Below, in pieces: positions 11,563-25,282 of a stretch of 61,511 bases of DNA. The notes under the pieces are model-generated. The model worked only from the letters and a program-made list of their open reading frames with translations, made no database searches and had not been told where the DNA came from. The translations under genes and the position numbers were made by a program. The DNA comes from Nemertoderma westbladi (Eukaryota > Animalia > Xenacoelomorpha): the NCBI GenBank assembly GCA_032718475.1, contig JAUCBJ010006112.1, positions 1 to 61,511 on the forward strand. The letters are read 5' to 3'. The stretch's first letter is position 1. Each line of letters opens with the position of its first letter.

Positions 11563-11913
11563 TCACTTTTTCTTCTTTTTCTTCCCGCCGCTACCTTTAC
11601 CACTCTTTTTCCCCTTCTTGCCTTTCTTTAACGACCTCCGCACTTTGTAAGCTCGCCAGAACGCCTGTACTACCGTTGAGGCTCGCACCATTATTCTCAT
11701 ACGTTTCTCCGCCTGTCTTCGTCTCTCTTGCTCCGCCTCTTTCTCGGCAATGATCTTATCGTATTCTTCTTTAAGAGTATTAAAGCGTCCTTCTAACTCT
11801 TGCAGTTGTTCCTGCTCCATGTTGTAGGCTTCCTGTATCTCTTCGAAGTCGTCTTGCTTGTCTCCCATTTCGTTGTCATACTTCTGTATCCAGCCCTCAA
11901 CTTCTGTCTCGAT
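11563..11913 (-). CDS. IQCD: DRC10/IQCD exon 2 (IQ motif, Lys-rich tail, stop)
   Basis: tttgtag|ATC: IETEVEGWIQKYDNEMGDKQ...RASTVVQAFWRAYKVRRSLKKGKK*. Phase 0, matching exon 1. Confidence 0.9.
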   Translation of the reverse strand: METEVEGWIQKYDNEMGDKQDDFEEIQEAYNMEQEQLQELEGRFNTLKEEYDKIIAEKEAEQERRRQAEKRMRIMVRASTVVQAFWRAYKVRRSLKKGKKGKKSGKGSGGKKKKKK

Positions 11914-12311
11914 CTACAAAACATTAATTAAACATTCACTTTGAAACAACCGGAACCCAAACAACAGATACATTAACCCACAAAATTATCCTACCACGTA
12001 TAATAATATCATAATTTTTTATAAATTATGCTTTATAATAGTAATACCAGAATCTTTTTTCAATTGTAAATCGGCGAAAAATACCCCAAAATTAGAAGAA
12101 AAGGGAGTACCTTTTTCACTAGGATAAAAGTAACCCAAGTGATTTACTTTTTTCCCGGGAAAAAAATTAATATAAGGTGTGTTTTGCTTGATTTGTTATT
12201 TTTATTTGTACCCTTGAATTGGAATTAGCCAGCATTCTGACAATCTCACACGTTATGAATAATATACCAGCCCTACCCATCAAACACCCAACAATACGCT
12301 GTTTATCTTAC

Positions 12312-13505
12312 CTTAAACTTTTTCTTCCTGAGCTGCTGTTCTGTGTCTCTGTGCTCACTCGTGAGTTTCGCCAACTCCTCAGACTTTGCGTTCAGATCGG
12401 CAATGAGTTTCTCCTTTTTAGTATCGGCGTTCTTAATATCCGCGGCTTCCTGTTTCTCTGCGTCAGTTCGCATCCGACAGACAACTTCCTCGGAGAAATT
12501 CTCTATCTGGTACAGATCGGTTTTCAGTTTTCGAATCACCTCGTTCTTTACGGATATGTCGCGATCGCGGTCTTCTTCCGCCGCTTTCAGTTCCGCCAGG
12601 AGTTTTTCCGTGGTGATCTCGTTCCGTCGTGTCCGTTGTCTGACCTCCTCCATGTGGGTGTCTCGGAGTTTCAGTTCGAGTGGCGTAGTCAGTAGTTGGG
12701 AGAGTCCGAATTCGCGAAGCCGATGCAACCCGGCAACCAGGGCCGTCGCGGTCGGGTTGCGAGCTTCCATCTCATCGCGGATGTGGCGAACCGCCGCTGG
12801 GTTCGTCGACAGACTACGCAGTAAGACCCGACACGACTGTCCCAACAGGTAGGCAACGTGGTCTCGTTCCGCGAGCAACGTTGAATCGACTAACTCCGGA
12901 GTCGGGGGTACCTCCTCGATAAACTCCTCTTCCTCATCGCCCAATCCCGATTCCTCTTCGGTATCCCGTTGCGACGTGAGTTGTCCGGACGAAGTGAGTT
13001 GCCGTGGCGATGGCTGTTCTCCTGACGACAGCGACTGGACGGGAGACCCTGTGTTGGATCGCTGTTCTATCTGCGTAGCTATGTGCTCCATGGCGCGCTC
13101 GCGTTCACGCTCCCTCATCACAGCCTCGGCCTCCTGCCTCATTCTCTCCAACTTCGCCGCTTTCTCGTCCGTGACCGAACTCAGAATATCGTTGAAGGCA
13201 TCCTCCAATTGGAAGTGTTCCTCTAATATGGTAACGGATTCCTGCCCCAGTACGATACTGAATCTCTGTAAATTCTCGCGGATATGCGGTAGCAGCGTGA
13301 GCACCTCGACACGCCGCTGGTTGTCGTCAATTACTGCGAGGATTCGTTGGGATTCCACCGTCGTGAGTTTCTTACGGGACGGCTCGAGGATATCCAATGC
13401 CGACAGGTTCTTCCTGACTTTATCCACCTCCACCAGCTCAATAGTTTCGACTCCAAAATCACCGTCGCGAACATCCAGATCTGGGGGCTCTGACATCGCC
13501 TCCAT
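12312..13505 (-). CDS. IQCD: DRC10/IQCD (dynein regulatory complex subunit 10) exon 1
   Basis: LEPSRKKLTTVESQRILAVID, LQRFSIVLG, CRVLLRSLSTNP, LLTTPLE, coiled coil, then EQQLRKKKFK|gtaaga. ATG at 13505 is assumed. Confidence 0.88.
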
Positions 13506-13943
13506 GGCTGGAGTGCGATGCGGATTCACTTTCAAAGCGCGAAAATGACTGCTGTTAACTAAATTAGAGATATTCGTTGATTTTAAAGTTTTAGATTGGA
13601 AGGGAATGTGCTACTGTAAAACAGTTGATTTATTAAGATTTATTTTTCTAGTCTTGCAGGTTTGTTTATCTATCGGTAAGAATAAGGTACTTAATCCAAC
13701 ATTCAGATATGTGGTACAAGAGAGTTTTAATAGTTGCCTAGGAACGAATATTATACATTCAACGCCATCAAGCGAAATTTCGCAAAATTAAGAAAGCCAT
13801 TATTAAATGCATGGCGAGCCGCAAAGCGAACACAATGATTTACATCATTGTGCGCAGAACTATGTTCTCGAATGAATAATAATAATAATTGCCCTTCTTG
13901 CCTTCTAGAATAATATCCGGTTAATGATTAATTACTTTAACAT

Positions 13944-14880
13944 TGTGGGGCGAGCCACGAAGTTGGCGGAGCCTTAGCGAATTGACACTGTTAGGGGGTG
14001 GGTCAATTTATGCAAATAGTTGTCGTCGTCGTTGTCGTCGTCGTCGTCGTCGTCGTTACGATTTTGACATGCTAATAACTTTGTCGGATTTAAAGCTGCC
14101 AAGTTGAAAATTTGTAGGTATCAATATGAGCAAAAGTTGAGATTTTTGAGAGACTTTCAGACACCATCAGTGCAATGGTCTCCCGCTAGAGGGCCACATG
14201 TCTAAACATTAAATGCCCTCCCATTTCTTTGCTTTTAATCCGTTTAAGCTGAAACTTGGCAGATATGTATTAGACCATTAGCTGTGACTTTCAAAGGAGG
14301 CGAATCCATCTGCAGTTCTCCAGTCTGCCGCTAGAGGGCCAAAGGTCTGAAAGTGAAATCGTTGTCGTCGTTACGATTTTGACATGCTAATAACTTTGTC
14401 GGATTTAAAGCTGCCAAGTTGAAAATTTGTAGGTATCAATATGAGCTAAAGTTGAGACGTTTGAGAGACTTTCAGACACCATCAGAGCAATAGTCTCCTG
14501 CTAGAGGGCCACATGTCTAAACGTTAAATGTCCTCCCATTTCTTTGCTTTTAATCCATTTATGCTGAAGTTTGGCAGATATGTACTAGACCATTAGCTGT
14601 GACTTTGAAAGAAGGAATTGAATTGAATTGAATTGAAGGCTAATCCGTATGCAGTTCTTCAGTCTGCCGCTAGAGGGCGAAATGTTTGAAAGTGAAATCT
14701 TTCTCCCATCTCGTTATTTATGATCCGTTCAAGCTGAAACGTAGCAGATATGTAGTAGAAGTCGGCCTGAGTCTTTGGTGGGCAGTAAACGGTCTGGAGT
14801 CCTCCAGTCTGCCGCTAGAGGGCGAAATGTATAACTAAGTATAATTAAGTCACGTGCTGCGCGAAGGCCCCACTTCGTGT
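13944..14880 (+). mobile_element. Non-autonomous Helentron/DINE-like element with (GTC)n microsatellite and ~320-bp internal tandem duplication
   Basis: Starts tgtggggcgagccacgaag and ends cgtgctgcgcgaaggccccacttcgtgt (subterminal inverted gtgggg/ccccac). The same ends occur at 41798-42350 and 42478-43705. The superfamily assignment is inferred from structure. Confidence 0.65.
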
Positions 14881-15299
14881 AATATATGTAGAATATAATG
14901 TTTAACAATATTTATAAAAATTCATTTCCATCATTACCAGTATGTAATTAATTTGCAGTTACTACAACACCTGCACCGTGAACAATATTACTCTCAGCAT
15001 TCTATGGTTATCAGGATATCTATCATTTGCCCATTTTACGCATATTTATCTTTAAATAACCAATTGTATTCCAGCATGACGGGTGATGGCAACTCGCAAA
15101 AGTGACTTTAACCGACACAAATAAACTTTGGCCGATTTGGTTTCCAGGCATACAAATTTGGTAACATTTAAATAATCTGGCAACTTTCGGAAATTTAACC
15201 ACTTTTGTTAATGACAAACTTCTAGTTCTGGGTTTGTTGCACTGATCTTATTATGATTTATATTATTCGAACCGCAAAGATGCAGTGCGGCAATACAGT

Positions 15300-17995
15300 C
15301 ATCCACCCACCCATCCACCGACCCAATATCCACCCATCCACCGACCCAATACCCACCCACCCAATACCCACCCATCCACCGACCCAATAACCACCCACCC
15401 ACCGACCCAATACTCACCCACCCACCGACCCAATAACCACCCACACACCGACCCAATAACCACCCACCCACCGACCCAATAACCACCCACCCACCGACCC
15501 AATACTCACCCACCCACCGACCCAATAACCACCCACCCACCGACCCAATACTCACCCACCCACCGACCCAATAACCACCCACCCACCGACCCAATAACCA
15601 CCCGTCCACCGACCCAATAACCACCCACCCACCGAACCAATAACCACCCACCCACCGACCCAATACTCACCCACCCACCGACCCAATAACCACCCATCCA
15701 CCGACCCAATAACCACCCACCCACCGACCCAATAACCACCCATCCACCGACCCAATAACCACCCACCCACCGACCCAATAACCACCCACCCACCGACCCA
15801 ATAACCACCCATCCACCGACCCAATACCCACCCATCCACCGACCCAATAACCACCCATACACCGACCCAATAACCACCCACCCACCGACCCAATACTCAC
15901 CCACCCACCCACCCATCCACCGACCCAATAACCACCCACCGACCCAATAACCACCCACCCACCGACCCATCCACCGAACCAATAACCACCCACCCACCGA
16001 CCCAATATTCACCCATCCACCGACCCAATAACCACCCACCCACCGACCCAATAACCACCCACCCACCGACCCAATAACCGCCCATCCACCGACCCAATAA
16101 CCACCCATCCACCGACCCAATAACCACCCACCCACCGACCCAATAACCGCCCATCCACCGACCCAATAACCACCCATCCACCGACCCAATAACCACGCAT
16201 CCACCGACCCAATAACCACCCACCCACCGACCCAATAACCACCCATCCACCGACCCAATAACCACCCATCCACCGACCCAATAACCACCCACCCACCGAC
16301 CCAATAACCGCCCATCCACCGACCCAATAACCACCCATACACCTACCCAATAACCACCCATCCACCGACCCAATAACCACCCATCCACCGACCCAATAAC
16401 CACCCACCCACCGACCCAATAACCACCCACCCACCGACCCAATACTCACCCACCCACCGACCCACCCACCGACCCAATAACCGCCCATCCACCGACCCAA
16501 TAACCACCCATCCACCGACCCAATAACCACCCATCCACCGACCCAATAACCACCCACCCACCGACCCCAATAACCACCCACACACCGACCCAATAACCAC
16601 CCACCCACCGACCCAATAACCACCCACCCACCCACCCACCGACCCATCCACCGAACCAATAACCACCCACCCACCGACCCAATACTCACCCACCCACCGA
16701 CCCAATACTCACCCACCCACCGACCCAATAACCACCCACCCACCGACCCAATAACCACCCACCCACCGACCCCAATAACCAACCACCCACCGACCCAATA
16801 ACCACCCACCCACCGACCCAATACTCACCCACCCACCGACCCAATAACCACCCACCGACCCAATACTCACCCACCCACCGACCCAATAACCACCCACCCA
16901 CCGACCCAATAACCACCCATCCACCGACCCAATAACCACCCACCCACCGAACCAATAACCACCCACCCACCGACCCAATACTCACCCACCCACCGACCCA
17001 ATAACCACCCATCCACCGACCCAATAACCACCCACCCACCGACCCAATAACCACCCATCCACCGACCCAATAACCACCCACCCACCGACCCAATAACCAC
17101 CCACCCACCGACCCAATAACCACCCATCCACCGACCCAATACCCACCCATCCACCGACCCAATAACCACCCATACACCGACCCAATAACCACCCACCCAC
17201 CGACCCAATACTCACCCACCCACCCACCCACCCATCCACCGACCCAATAACCACCCACCGACCCAATAACCACCCACCCACCGACCCATCCACCGAACCA
17301 ATAACCACCCACCCACCGACCCAATACTCACCCATCCACCGACCCAATAACCACCCACCCACCGACCCAATAACCACCCACCCACCGACCCAATAACCGC
17401 CCATCCACCGACCCAATAACCACCCATCCACCGACCCAATAACCACCCACCCACCGACCCAATAACCGCCCATCCACCGACCCAATAACCACCCATCCAC
17501 CGACCCAATAACCACGCATCCACCGACCCAATAACCACCCACCCACCGACCCAATAACCACCCATCCACCGACCCAATAACCACCCATCCACCGACCCAA
17601 TAACCACCCACCCACCGACCCAATAACCGCCCATCCACCGACCCAATAACCACCCATACACCTACCCAATAACCACCCATCCACCGACCCAATAACCACC
17701 CATCCACCGACCCAATAACCACCCACCCACCGACCCACCCACCGACCCAATAACCGCCCATCCACCGACCCAATAACCACCCATCCACCGACCCAATAAC
17801 CACCCATCCACCGACCCAATAACCACCCATCCACCGACCCAATAACCACCCACCCACCGACCCAATAACCGCCCATCCACCGACCCAATAACCACCCATA
17901 CACCTACCCAATAACCACCCACCCACCGACCCAATAACCACCCACCCACCGACCCAATAACCGCCAATACACCGACCCAATAACCACCCATCCAT
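15300..17995. repeat. 23-bp C-rich minisatellite, ~115 copies, with a ~1.3-kb higher-order duplication
   Basis: Unit ccaccgacccaataaccaccca(c/t). Variant patterns recur at a 1315-1319 bp offset. Confidence 0.97.
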
Positions 17996-20067
17996 CCCTC
18001 AGATGTGTTCCTTGCGATGGTGCATGCAATTCCAATTACAGATCTTTGGGAACATAATTAAGATAGCTAATGAGGCCCGTGTGGAGCGCATTCACGTGTA
18101 TCTGGTTACTCACTAACAACACATACTTAACGACACAATGCAGGATTCTTATTATCATTACATACTGTCGAGTAGAGTGTATTGGTTGACAGATACTACT
18201 TCGTGACACAATGATTTCGCACCGGGTTATAAACCGCTACATCTAAGGAACTTTCGTAGTTATTATGATAAATCCAGATATTATATATGGCTAAATCAGT
18301 AAAATAAACGACACCCCCCCCCCCCCCCCCCCCCCCGCCCTGCATCCCCATCCTCCCCGCCATTGTCATGCCAACACCAATAAACGAACGGATGCAATGA
18401 TACCAGGAAGGAAACCATAGTATTTAGGATGGAGGCTTTTATATAGCTAGTTAAAAATTGCGAGGTTTCATCTTATATTTTAAATTAAAATTCACAATAT
18501 AAAATATTTTAACAAAACTAGCAAAATTCGGCTACATTTCAAGTGTTTTCCTGCAATTTTTTTTAGAAATTAGTAATATTTTTGTTTCCGAAGTATTAGT
18601 ATAATGTACATAATTCTGATGTGAAATGTTGAAATTAAATGAAATATTTGGTGAATATATATTCGATTGATATTGACATTATAGTTAAAGGGAAAGTACA
18701 ACTGATTATTAAATTGTATAAAGAGTACAGTAGAACTTCGGCCCGAACGAGCGAAGCGAGTGAGTAAAATATTGAAATGAGAAGCCGAAGTAAGATATAT
18801 ATAATTTTTTACAATGTAATATGTTGTTTTATCGATCAAATTATTATGTAACGCTCGAAAAAGAATTAGTCCCGATAAAGACAGAGTTTTGATTTCAATT
18901 AGCTGATGATTATTCTCGCGTCGTTTCATAAATTTGCCATAAACCACACCGCCGTACTTTTAGGAGTGTAACCATTATGGGTTGGGTAGCAGCCGTGTAG
19001 CACATGCGTTGTTGAGCAATGCAAGACATTTTGTTTATTAAAGCGTAACAAACAGCTGGAATCCTTGTTATTAACAGGCTGCTGCTTGTTTTGCAATTAT
19101 TGCCTAATACCATCACCATAGCAATATATTAATTATATTTATATCAAGGCACATAATAATTTGGATAAAGGGCTTATAATCCTTACATTGAACGTGCTAT
19201 AGTGTGAGGTTAGAGAAAGGCAGTATATACGGCGGATTTATTATTGGCAAGCTGGGAATTCTAATTAAGCCAAAGTTTAACGGCTTTGCGATAACGAGTT
19301 GCATTTTATTAGCTCTGCTTTATAATGGTACATTCAAGATGGATGTGTTATTGTGTAATAAGGCGAAGGCCCAACGAATTGATTGTACACACCCATTGTT
19401 TTTACAAAGAAAAAATATAATAATGGTAAATGTTGACAAGACAAATAAGAATTAGTTTACAATGAATACGACGTATAGTTTATAGGGACTAAAGACGGCC
19501 AAAAATTGAGTACCATTGAGGTATAAAACAGAGAGAGGTATTGGTGCGATATGCAACAAAGGTTACGAATAATATTCTAAATCATTTATAACTCTTGTAG
19601 ATTAAAACAGTGAAATACAATTTAAGCTGTTTTATATTTTGGAAGAAAATCAACTTCTCCGTATTTTAATTTAGTTTAGTGTACCATGAATCGCCTTTGT
19701 TAAATAAATCGTTATACATAAAATAATAAAGCATGTGTGCAGTGTGCATAAACACAGTGTGTTCTCCACCGTAAAGAAAATGGTTAATGTTTATAGAGTT
19801 TATAAAAGTGTCCAAAACTAAAATCTGTCACATTTCTTATCATACTATAATGATTGACCACTGCTATTGTTACCGTCCAAATGTCAAAAGTTTAATTGAA
19901 ATGTTGTCAATTCGGAATTCTTTTAGCTATAATCCTGTCTGGCTTGCTATCAGATTAAATTTGATTTGAGCTGGCTATTCACACAGTTTACACTCAGTAT
20001 ACTATAGTTTCCTATATATTATAGCCCCTCCTGTTCATTTCCACATAATATAATATATTATTATGTT

Positions 20068-20126
20068 CTGACACTGACACTGACACTGACACTGACACTG
20101 ACACTGACACTGACACTGACACTGAC
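20068..20126. repeat. (CTGACA)n microsatellite, ~10 copies
   Basis: Direct reading of the sequence. Confidence 0.97.
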
Positions 20127-21045
20127 GGTCGCCTTGTATTTCATAAATGTTATTTCGCAGATGTGAATGAAATTGTCCTTTAGCCACGATGTATAATTTT
20201 ACATTAAGCAGTTATATTATTTTAACAAACAAACACAAGTATAAAATAATGTGAATCATTTTACAATAATATATGTAGACGCGGACGGTACTTACGAGAA
20301 TGATAATAAACCGGTTATTTATTGGCATAAACTACCCAGACCGGAAACCCAATGCGGCGTAAAATACATTTTGTAAGAGATAAAAGCGATACTACGGAAA
20401 AGCGTTGAACTATAAAATTTAAAATTGTACTGTAAGTTTATGTATCAGTATATGGACTTAGGGTTGAGCAAGTTTAATGACAGTCCGACTTATAATAAAT
20501 AACTAGTAAATCTTTGATGTTAAACGAAACGCGGCCGAGTAAATTTTCCATCGCTATTTAATGGCACAGTTAAAACATACCATTAGGAACCAATGGTAAC
20601 ATATCCATCCGACAGTCAGTACAACTATCATTAGACACTCCAGCCATTTCAAATTTATATTATTTATATTATATTTCAAATCAGATTTGCTATTAATTAC
20701 ATTAGGAAAATTATGTAAATTCCAAAACTAAATTTGAGATGTTAGCAGTATTTCATTGTTACTCATACAGTAGCTATCGCCAACGACCAAGCAAATTAAT
20801 ATTTATTTAACTATATCTAGATAAATTATAAATATAAATATAATTCATAATGGATTAAGATAATACCGTGTAATTATCTAATATGATTAATTACTACATT
20901 GAATATAATTTTACTTTTATCTGATTCAAACGTTAAATTTTGACTTACCGAATTGGGTTTCAATTACCTCAGTTTCACTTCAAATAAAAGTGACTAATTT
21001 CAGATAAAACTGATTGATGAATGAACTCTTATAAATAAACACACA

Positions 21046-23391
21046 ATGTCAAACTCAGTTGATAAGAAAGCGGTTGGTCGATTCCTTGAAAATAACCCGG
21101 ACTTTGCGGCACAGTGGTTCAAGGAGAAGGCCACGCCTACTATGGTTGATCAATGGATGAAGGCGCGAAATAGGATGATAACTTCCAACACAACCAGGGC
21201 AATATCGTCCTCATCTAGACATCGACTGGGACCTGGAGAGTCGTCGTACTTCGACCAACTTATGGATAAACATAGAAAACGGGGACGACGTCGAATGAGT
21301 AAGTCCAAACTCAAAGCTATGGGGGAGAAAGAAATGTTTATGGAGCTAATTCGAGACATATCCAATGAGTTGGATCTGAATGCGCTCTGTCACAAGATCT
21401 TGGTTAATGTTGGGGTGCTAACAAATGCCAGTCGTTGCAGTTTATTTCTTACGCGCGGATTGGCTGATAACAAGACCTTGGTGGCCCAACTTTTTGATGT
21501 GACACCAGAGTCCACAGTTGAGGATTCGATTATTTCACAGGAACGAGAAATTGTGATTCCCTTCGGAAAGGGAATTGTTGGAACAGTTGCCAAAGACAAA
21601 GAAGTAATCAACATTCGTGATGCATACAAAGATGATCGCTTTAACCCAGAGGTTGATAGAAAAACTGGGTTCAGAACGCACAGTATTCTTTGCATGCCCA
21701 TCCTGGACAGAGAAGAAGAGGTTATTGGTGTAGCCCAAATAATTAACAAAAATAGCGGCAATCACGTCTTCTCCGAACAGGATGAGAATGTTTTCAAAAA
21801 CTACCTCACCTTTTGTGGAATTGGAATAAAAAATGCGCAGATGTTCGAGCTTTCTGTTGCAGAGTATACAAGGAATAGAATTCTTCTTCAGTTGGCCCGA
21901 ACAATTTTCGAAGAGCAAAGTTCTCTTGACAAAGTAATATTTAAGATTATGATGGAAGCTCTAAATTTATTAAAAAGCCAGAGATGTTTGGTCTATTTAA
22001 CAGAGGATTTATCGGACAAGGAGTTTGAAGTTGTTCACAGGGAGACAAAAACAGAGATTGTTATTAACAAACGAACTCTTCTCAAGCGTACCCCCACAAC
22101 TCGATCACCAGAAAAAATACCAAGTGAAACTCGATTTGCCAAAATGTTTGAACTTGCAGATGGGGCTCACGAGCATATTGTCACAACCGGAGCTAAAATT
22201 GAAATAGACGAATTCTATAAAATCGCCAAACTTGCAATAGATAATAAAGAAACATCGTTGATGAAAGAATGTAATCTATTGAATGCCGATAGCAAATCAG
22301 GTTTGAAAACTAACAGTCTATTAGCATTGCCAATATACAATGGAGAGAATCGAATTATTGGCGCAGCTATAGTACTTAACAAAATCAACGGTAGCGAGTT
22401 TACAGATAGTGACAAGCATGTATTTGAAGCTTTCACAACATTCTGCGGTTTGGGTATCCACAACACACAGATGTATGAAAGTGCTTGCATTCTTATGGCG
22501 AAGCAGGGAGTGGCATTGGAGGTCTTATCCTACCACGCCACTGCTCAACCCGAAGAAATCGACAGAATAAACAACCTTGAAGAACAATCAGAAAAAACAT
22601 TCAATTTAATCAATTTTGAATTTTGTGATTCCCCTCTCAGCGACGATGAAACAGTCCTTGCGACTATTCGCATGTTCAACAAATTGGGAATTACAGAGAG
22701 ATGGAATGTTAATAAGAATGTGCTCTGTCGATGGGTATTATCTGTTAGAAAGAATTATCGACCAGTAACTTACCACAATTGGCGACACGCAGTAAATGTT
22801 GCACAAACCATGTATACCATGTTCACGGGAGGCGGCATGGGCAAACATTTTAACGAGCTTGACACATTTGCGCTGATGGTGGCATGCCTGTGCCATGATT
22901 TAGACCACAGAGGCACGAACAATGCATTCCAATCCAAAATAGAATCACCTCTAGCAATGCTGTATACCACTTCAACATTAGAGCATCACCACTTCGACCA
23001 TTGCATAATGATATTAAACACCGAAGGGAATAATGTATTTGGGTCATTATCCACAGATGAATACCGTAAAGCTATCGGGATCATTGAACATGCTATATTG
23101 TCCACAGATTTGGCTTTGTACTTCAAGAAACGCAATGGCTTTCTTGATTTAGTTAACAAACACGAATCGCATTGGACAGACACCAAGGAGAAGAAGGCGC
23201 TTCTCGAGGGTATGATGATGACGGCTTGTGACGTCAGCGCCATCACTAAGCCCTGGGAAGTGCAACAGTCTACGGCCTACCTGGTCGCTAGTGAATTTTG
23301 GGAGCAGGGAGACATGGAGAAGAACGATCTCCACCAGGAACCCATAGCGATGATGGACAGAGAGAAGGGGAATGAACTTCCTAAAATGCAG
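21046..23391 (+). CDS. cGMP phosphodiesterase (GAF-GAF-PDEase; PDE5/6/11 group) exon 1
   Basis: Two GAF domains (IPFGKGIVGTVA, DAYKDDRFN..VDRKTGFRTHSILCMPI) and catalytic motifs YHNWRHA, LCHDLDHRGTNN, LEHHHFDHC, ILSTDL and TACDVSAITKPWEVQ. Ends ELPKMQ|gtaaac. Confidence 0.95.
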
Positions 23392-25129
23392 GTAAACAAG
23401 TAAATCTTCAAAATGTAGCACATTGTATACACCATTACCTGGAATATAGTGTCCTTGTAGAACAAGATTAGAAGAATAGGTTGTAGATTTGTAGAACGAT
23501 TGGGGGGGGGGGGGGGGGGGGGTCCACGTACTTGAATAACGACACTAAATTCCAGGACATGGTGTGTATGTGAGGAAATACAAGTCAGATAGAGGGGAGG
23601 GGGGGGGGGGGGGGACTTTCGATTAATCAAAACTTATCCCTCACCATGGGAAAATCGACGCATATAACAGCTGATCACTCCTAAAAATAAAACTGTAACT
23701 TGTTTTGACTTTCACCTTAGTTTTGTTTTGGTTAGATCCGTTGTAAGTTGTAATTCGCCGATGGGATGAAATCCCCCCCCCCCCCCCCCCCCGTCACCTG
23801 CGAGTGCCCAATCAGAAAAAGTACCTCTCAGGAAGTCATACCGGATATGAAAACAGATATGAATCAACATCCACCAACCTATATTATTCAGCTGGAGTGA
23901 TTCAGATTACGAGAACTAGCCTTTTCGCTCACTACAGTACAAACTGCTCGAATATCCCATGGCATGTAATAGTTGGAAGAGGCGGAGGCGTGGGGTATTT
24001 AGGTCGGAGAGGGGGGGGGGGGGGGGGGGTGTATCTCCCTCCTCGGGAGTCTCAGGCTACTTGTCAGTAAACTGTCGGTGCAGCCCTTGTTGTTATTGGG
24101 GATTGTGCTAAGGAGCACAAGAAATTATAATTAAATAATAATAACAATTTTAATAATGATACAATTTTAATGGGGTGGGGTGGGGTGGGGTGCTCACCTA
24201 AATTATCTCCTATGACAAATATGAGGATATGCCACTGGGAAATTTATGGTGGATTTACAACATATACACTTGGGCAAATATTAATTTTTGTCATAAAACT
24301 TGCCCACCGACTGTCATCAACGAAAAGATTAGAAGTAAAAATCAGCTGTAAAAGGATCCGGATACCCTCAGTACCTAAATCAATTAAAGAGGTTTAAGAG
24401 GTGGTGAACCAGGTATGGCTTATCTCACTGAAGTCCTCAGGGGATTAATATACTGCGGGAGGGCAGGAAAAATACCAACACTAAGTTAGTGAGGCCCAAA
24501 GTAAAATCGAGATAATTCGCTCACCACCAAGTGTCCACTCAGTAAAAATACCAAATCCAACGTGTAAAGATATCATGGTAAGGTTACCAAAGCAATTCAT
24601 CTAATTAAATAGGTGAGGGTGGTGATGACGCACCCTCAATCTAGTTGGATGATAAAGTCCCTCCTTAGCGTAAATTTCGATTGTACTGTGAATGGGCGCG
24701 GGAGTTGGGAACTACCGTGAGGTGTGTGACTTTGAACAAATACTTGACTACGGAAGCATGAGGTATGTGACATTCATAACAGTTACATCATCGCCGTGTA
24801 GTTAATTTTTTAGTTTCTCGTTTCTGAATAACTGTACCAATGGCGTGTAAAAATATCTTATGATTATATAACTGGATATTTCGCACTCCTCTTTTCGCTC
24901 GGGAAGTAATGCGCGATATAATTATATAAATCAGGAGTGCTTTACACCCAGTCGAGTAAGTTGATTTGTATGCTTAACCAAATGCAATAGAGTGAAAGAA
25001 CATCCATACCATTTAGATTTGCGAAAATCAATATTTTTCCCAAATCCCAAAGGCTCCTGCACATGTTTGATTAATGAAGTGTAGAACATGGCGTGCTATT
25101 GTATGTTTTTCGGTTTATTATTTCCGTAG

Positions 25130-25282
25130 GTGGGTTTCATCGATGCTATTTGTATTCCGGTGTATAAAGCTCTAGCAGAAGCTTTCCCAGGGTTAGAGCC
25201 TCTTTACACAGGAGTCTGCTACAATAAGGAACAATGGCAAGGACTCGCAGACAAAACTACTAAAGAGGAGCCAGTGAAGTAA
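25130..25282 (+). CDS. Phosphodiesterase exon 2 (terminal)
   Basis: tttccgtag|VGFIDAICIPVYKALAEAFPGLEPLYTGVCYNKEQWQGLADKTTKEEPVK*. Completes the conserved Q-VGFID motif in phase 0. Confidence 0.93.
   Translation: MGFIDAICIPVYKALAEAFPGLEPLYTGVCYNKEQWQGLADKTTKEEPVK

Noticed and set aside
15208-17995. Many G/W/V-rich ORFs
   Set aside because: Artefacts of the 23-bp repeat, open in several frames and mostly with non-ATG starts.
24200-24760. Degraded LINE endonuclease on the minus strand (YTLDLVF)
   Set aside because: A single short motif amid many stops; insufficient without a profile search.
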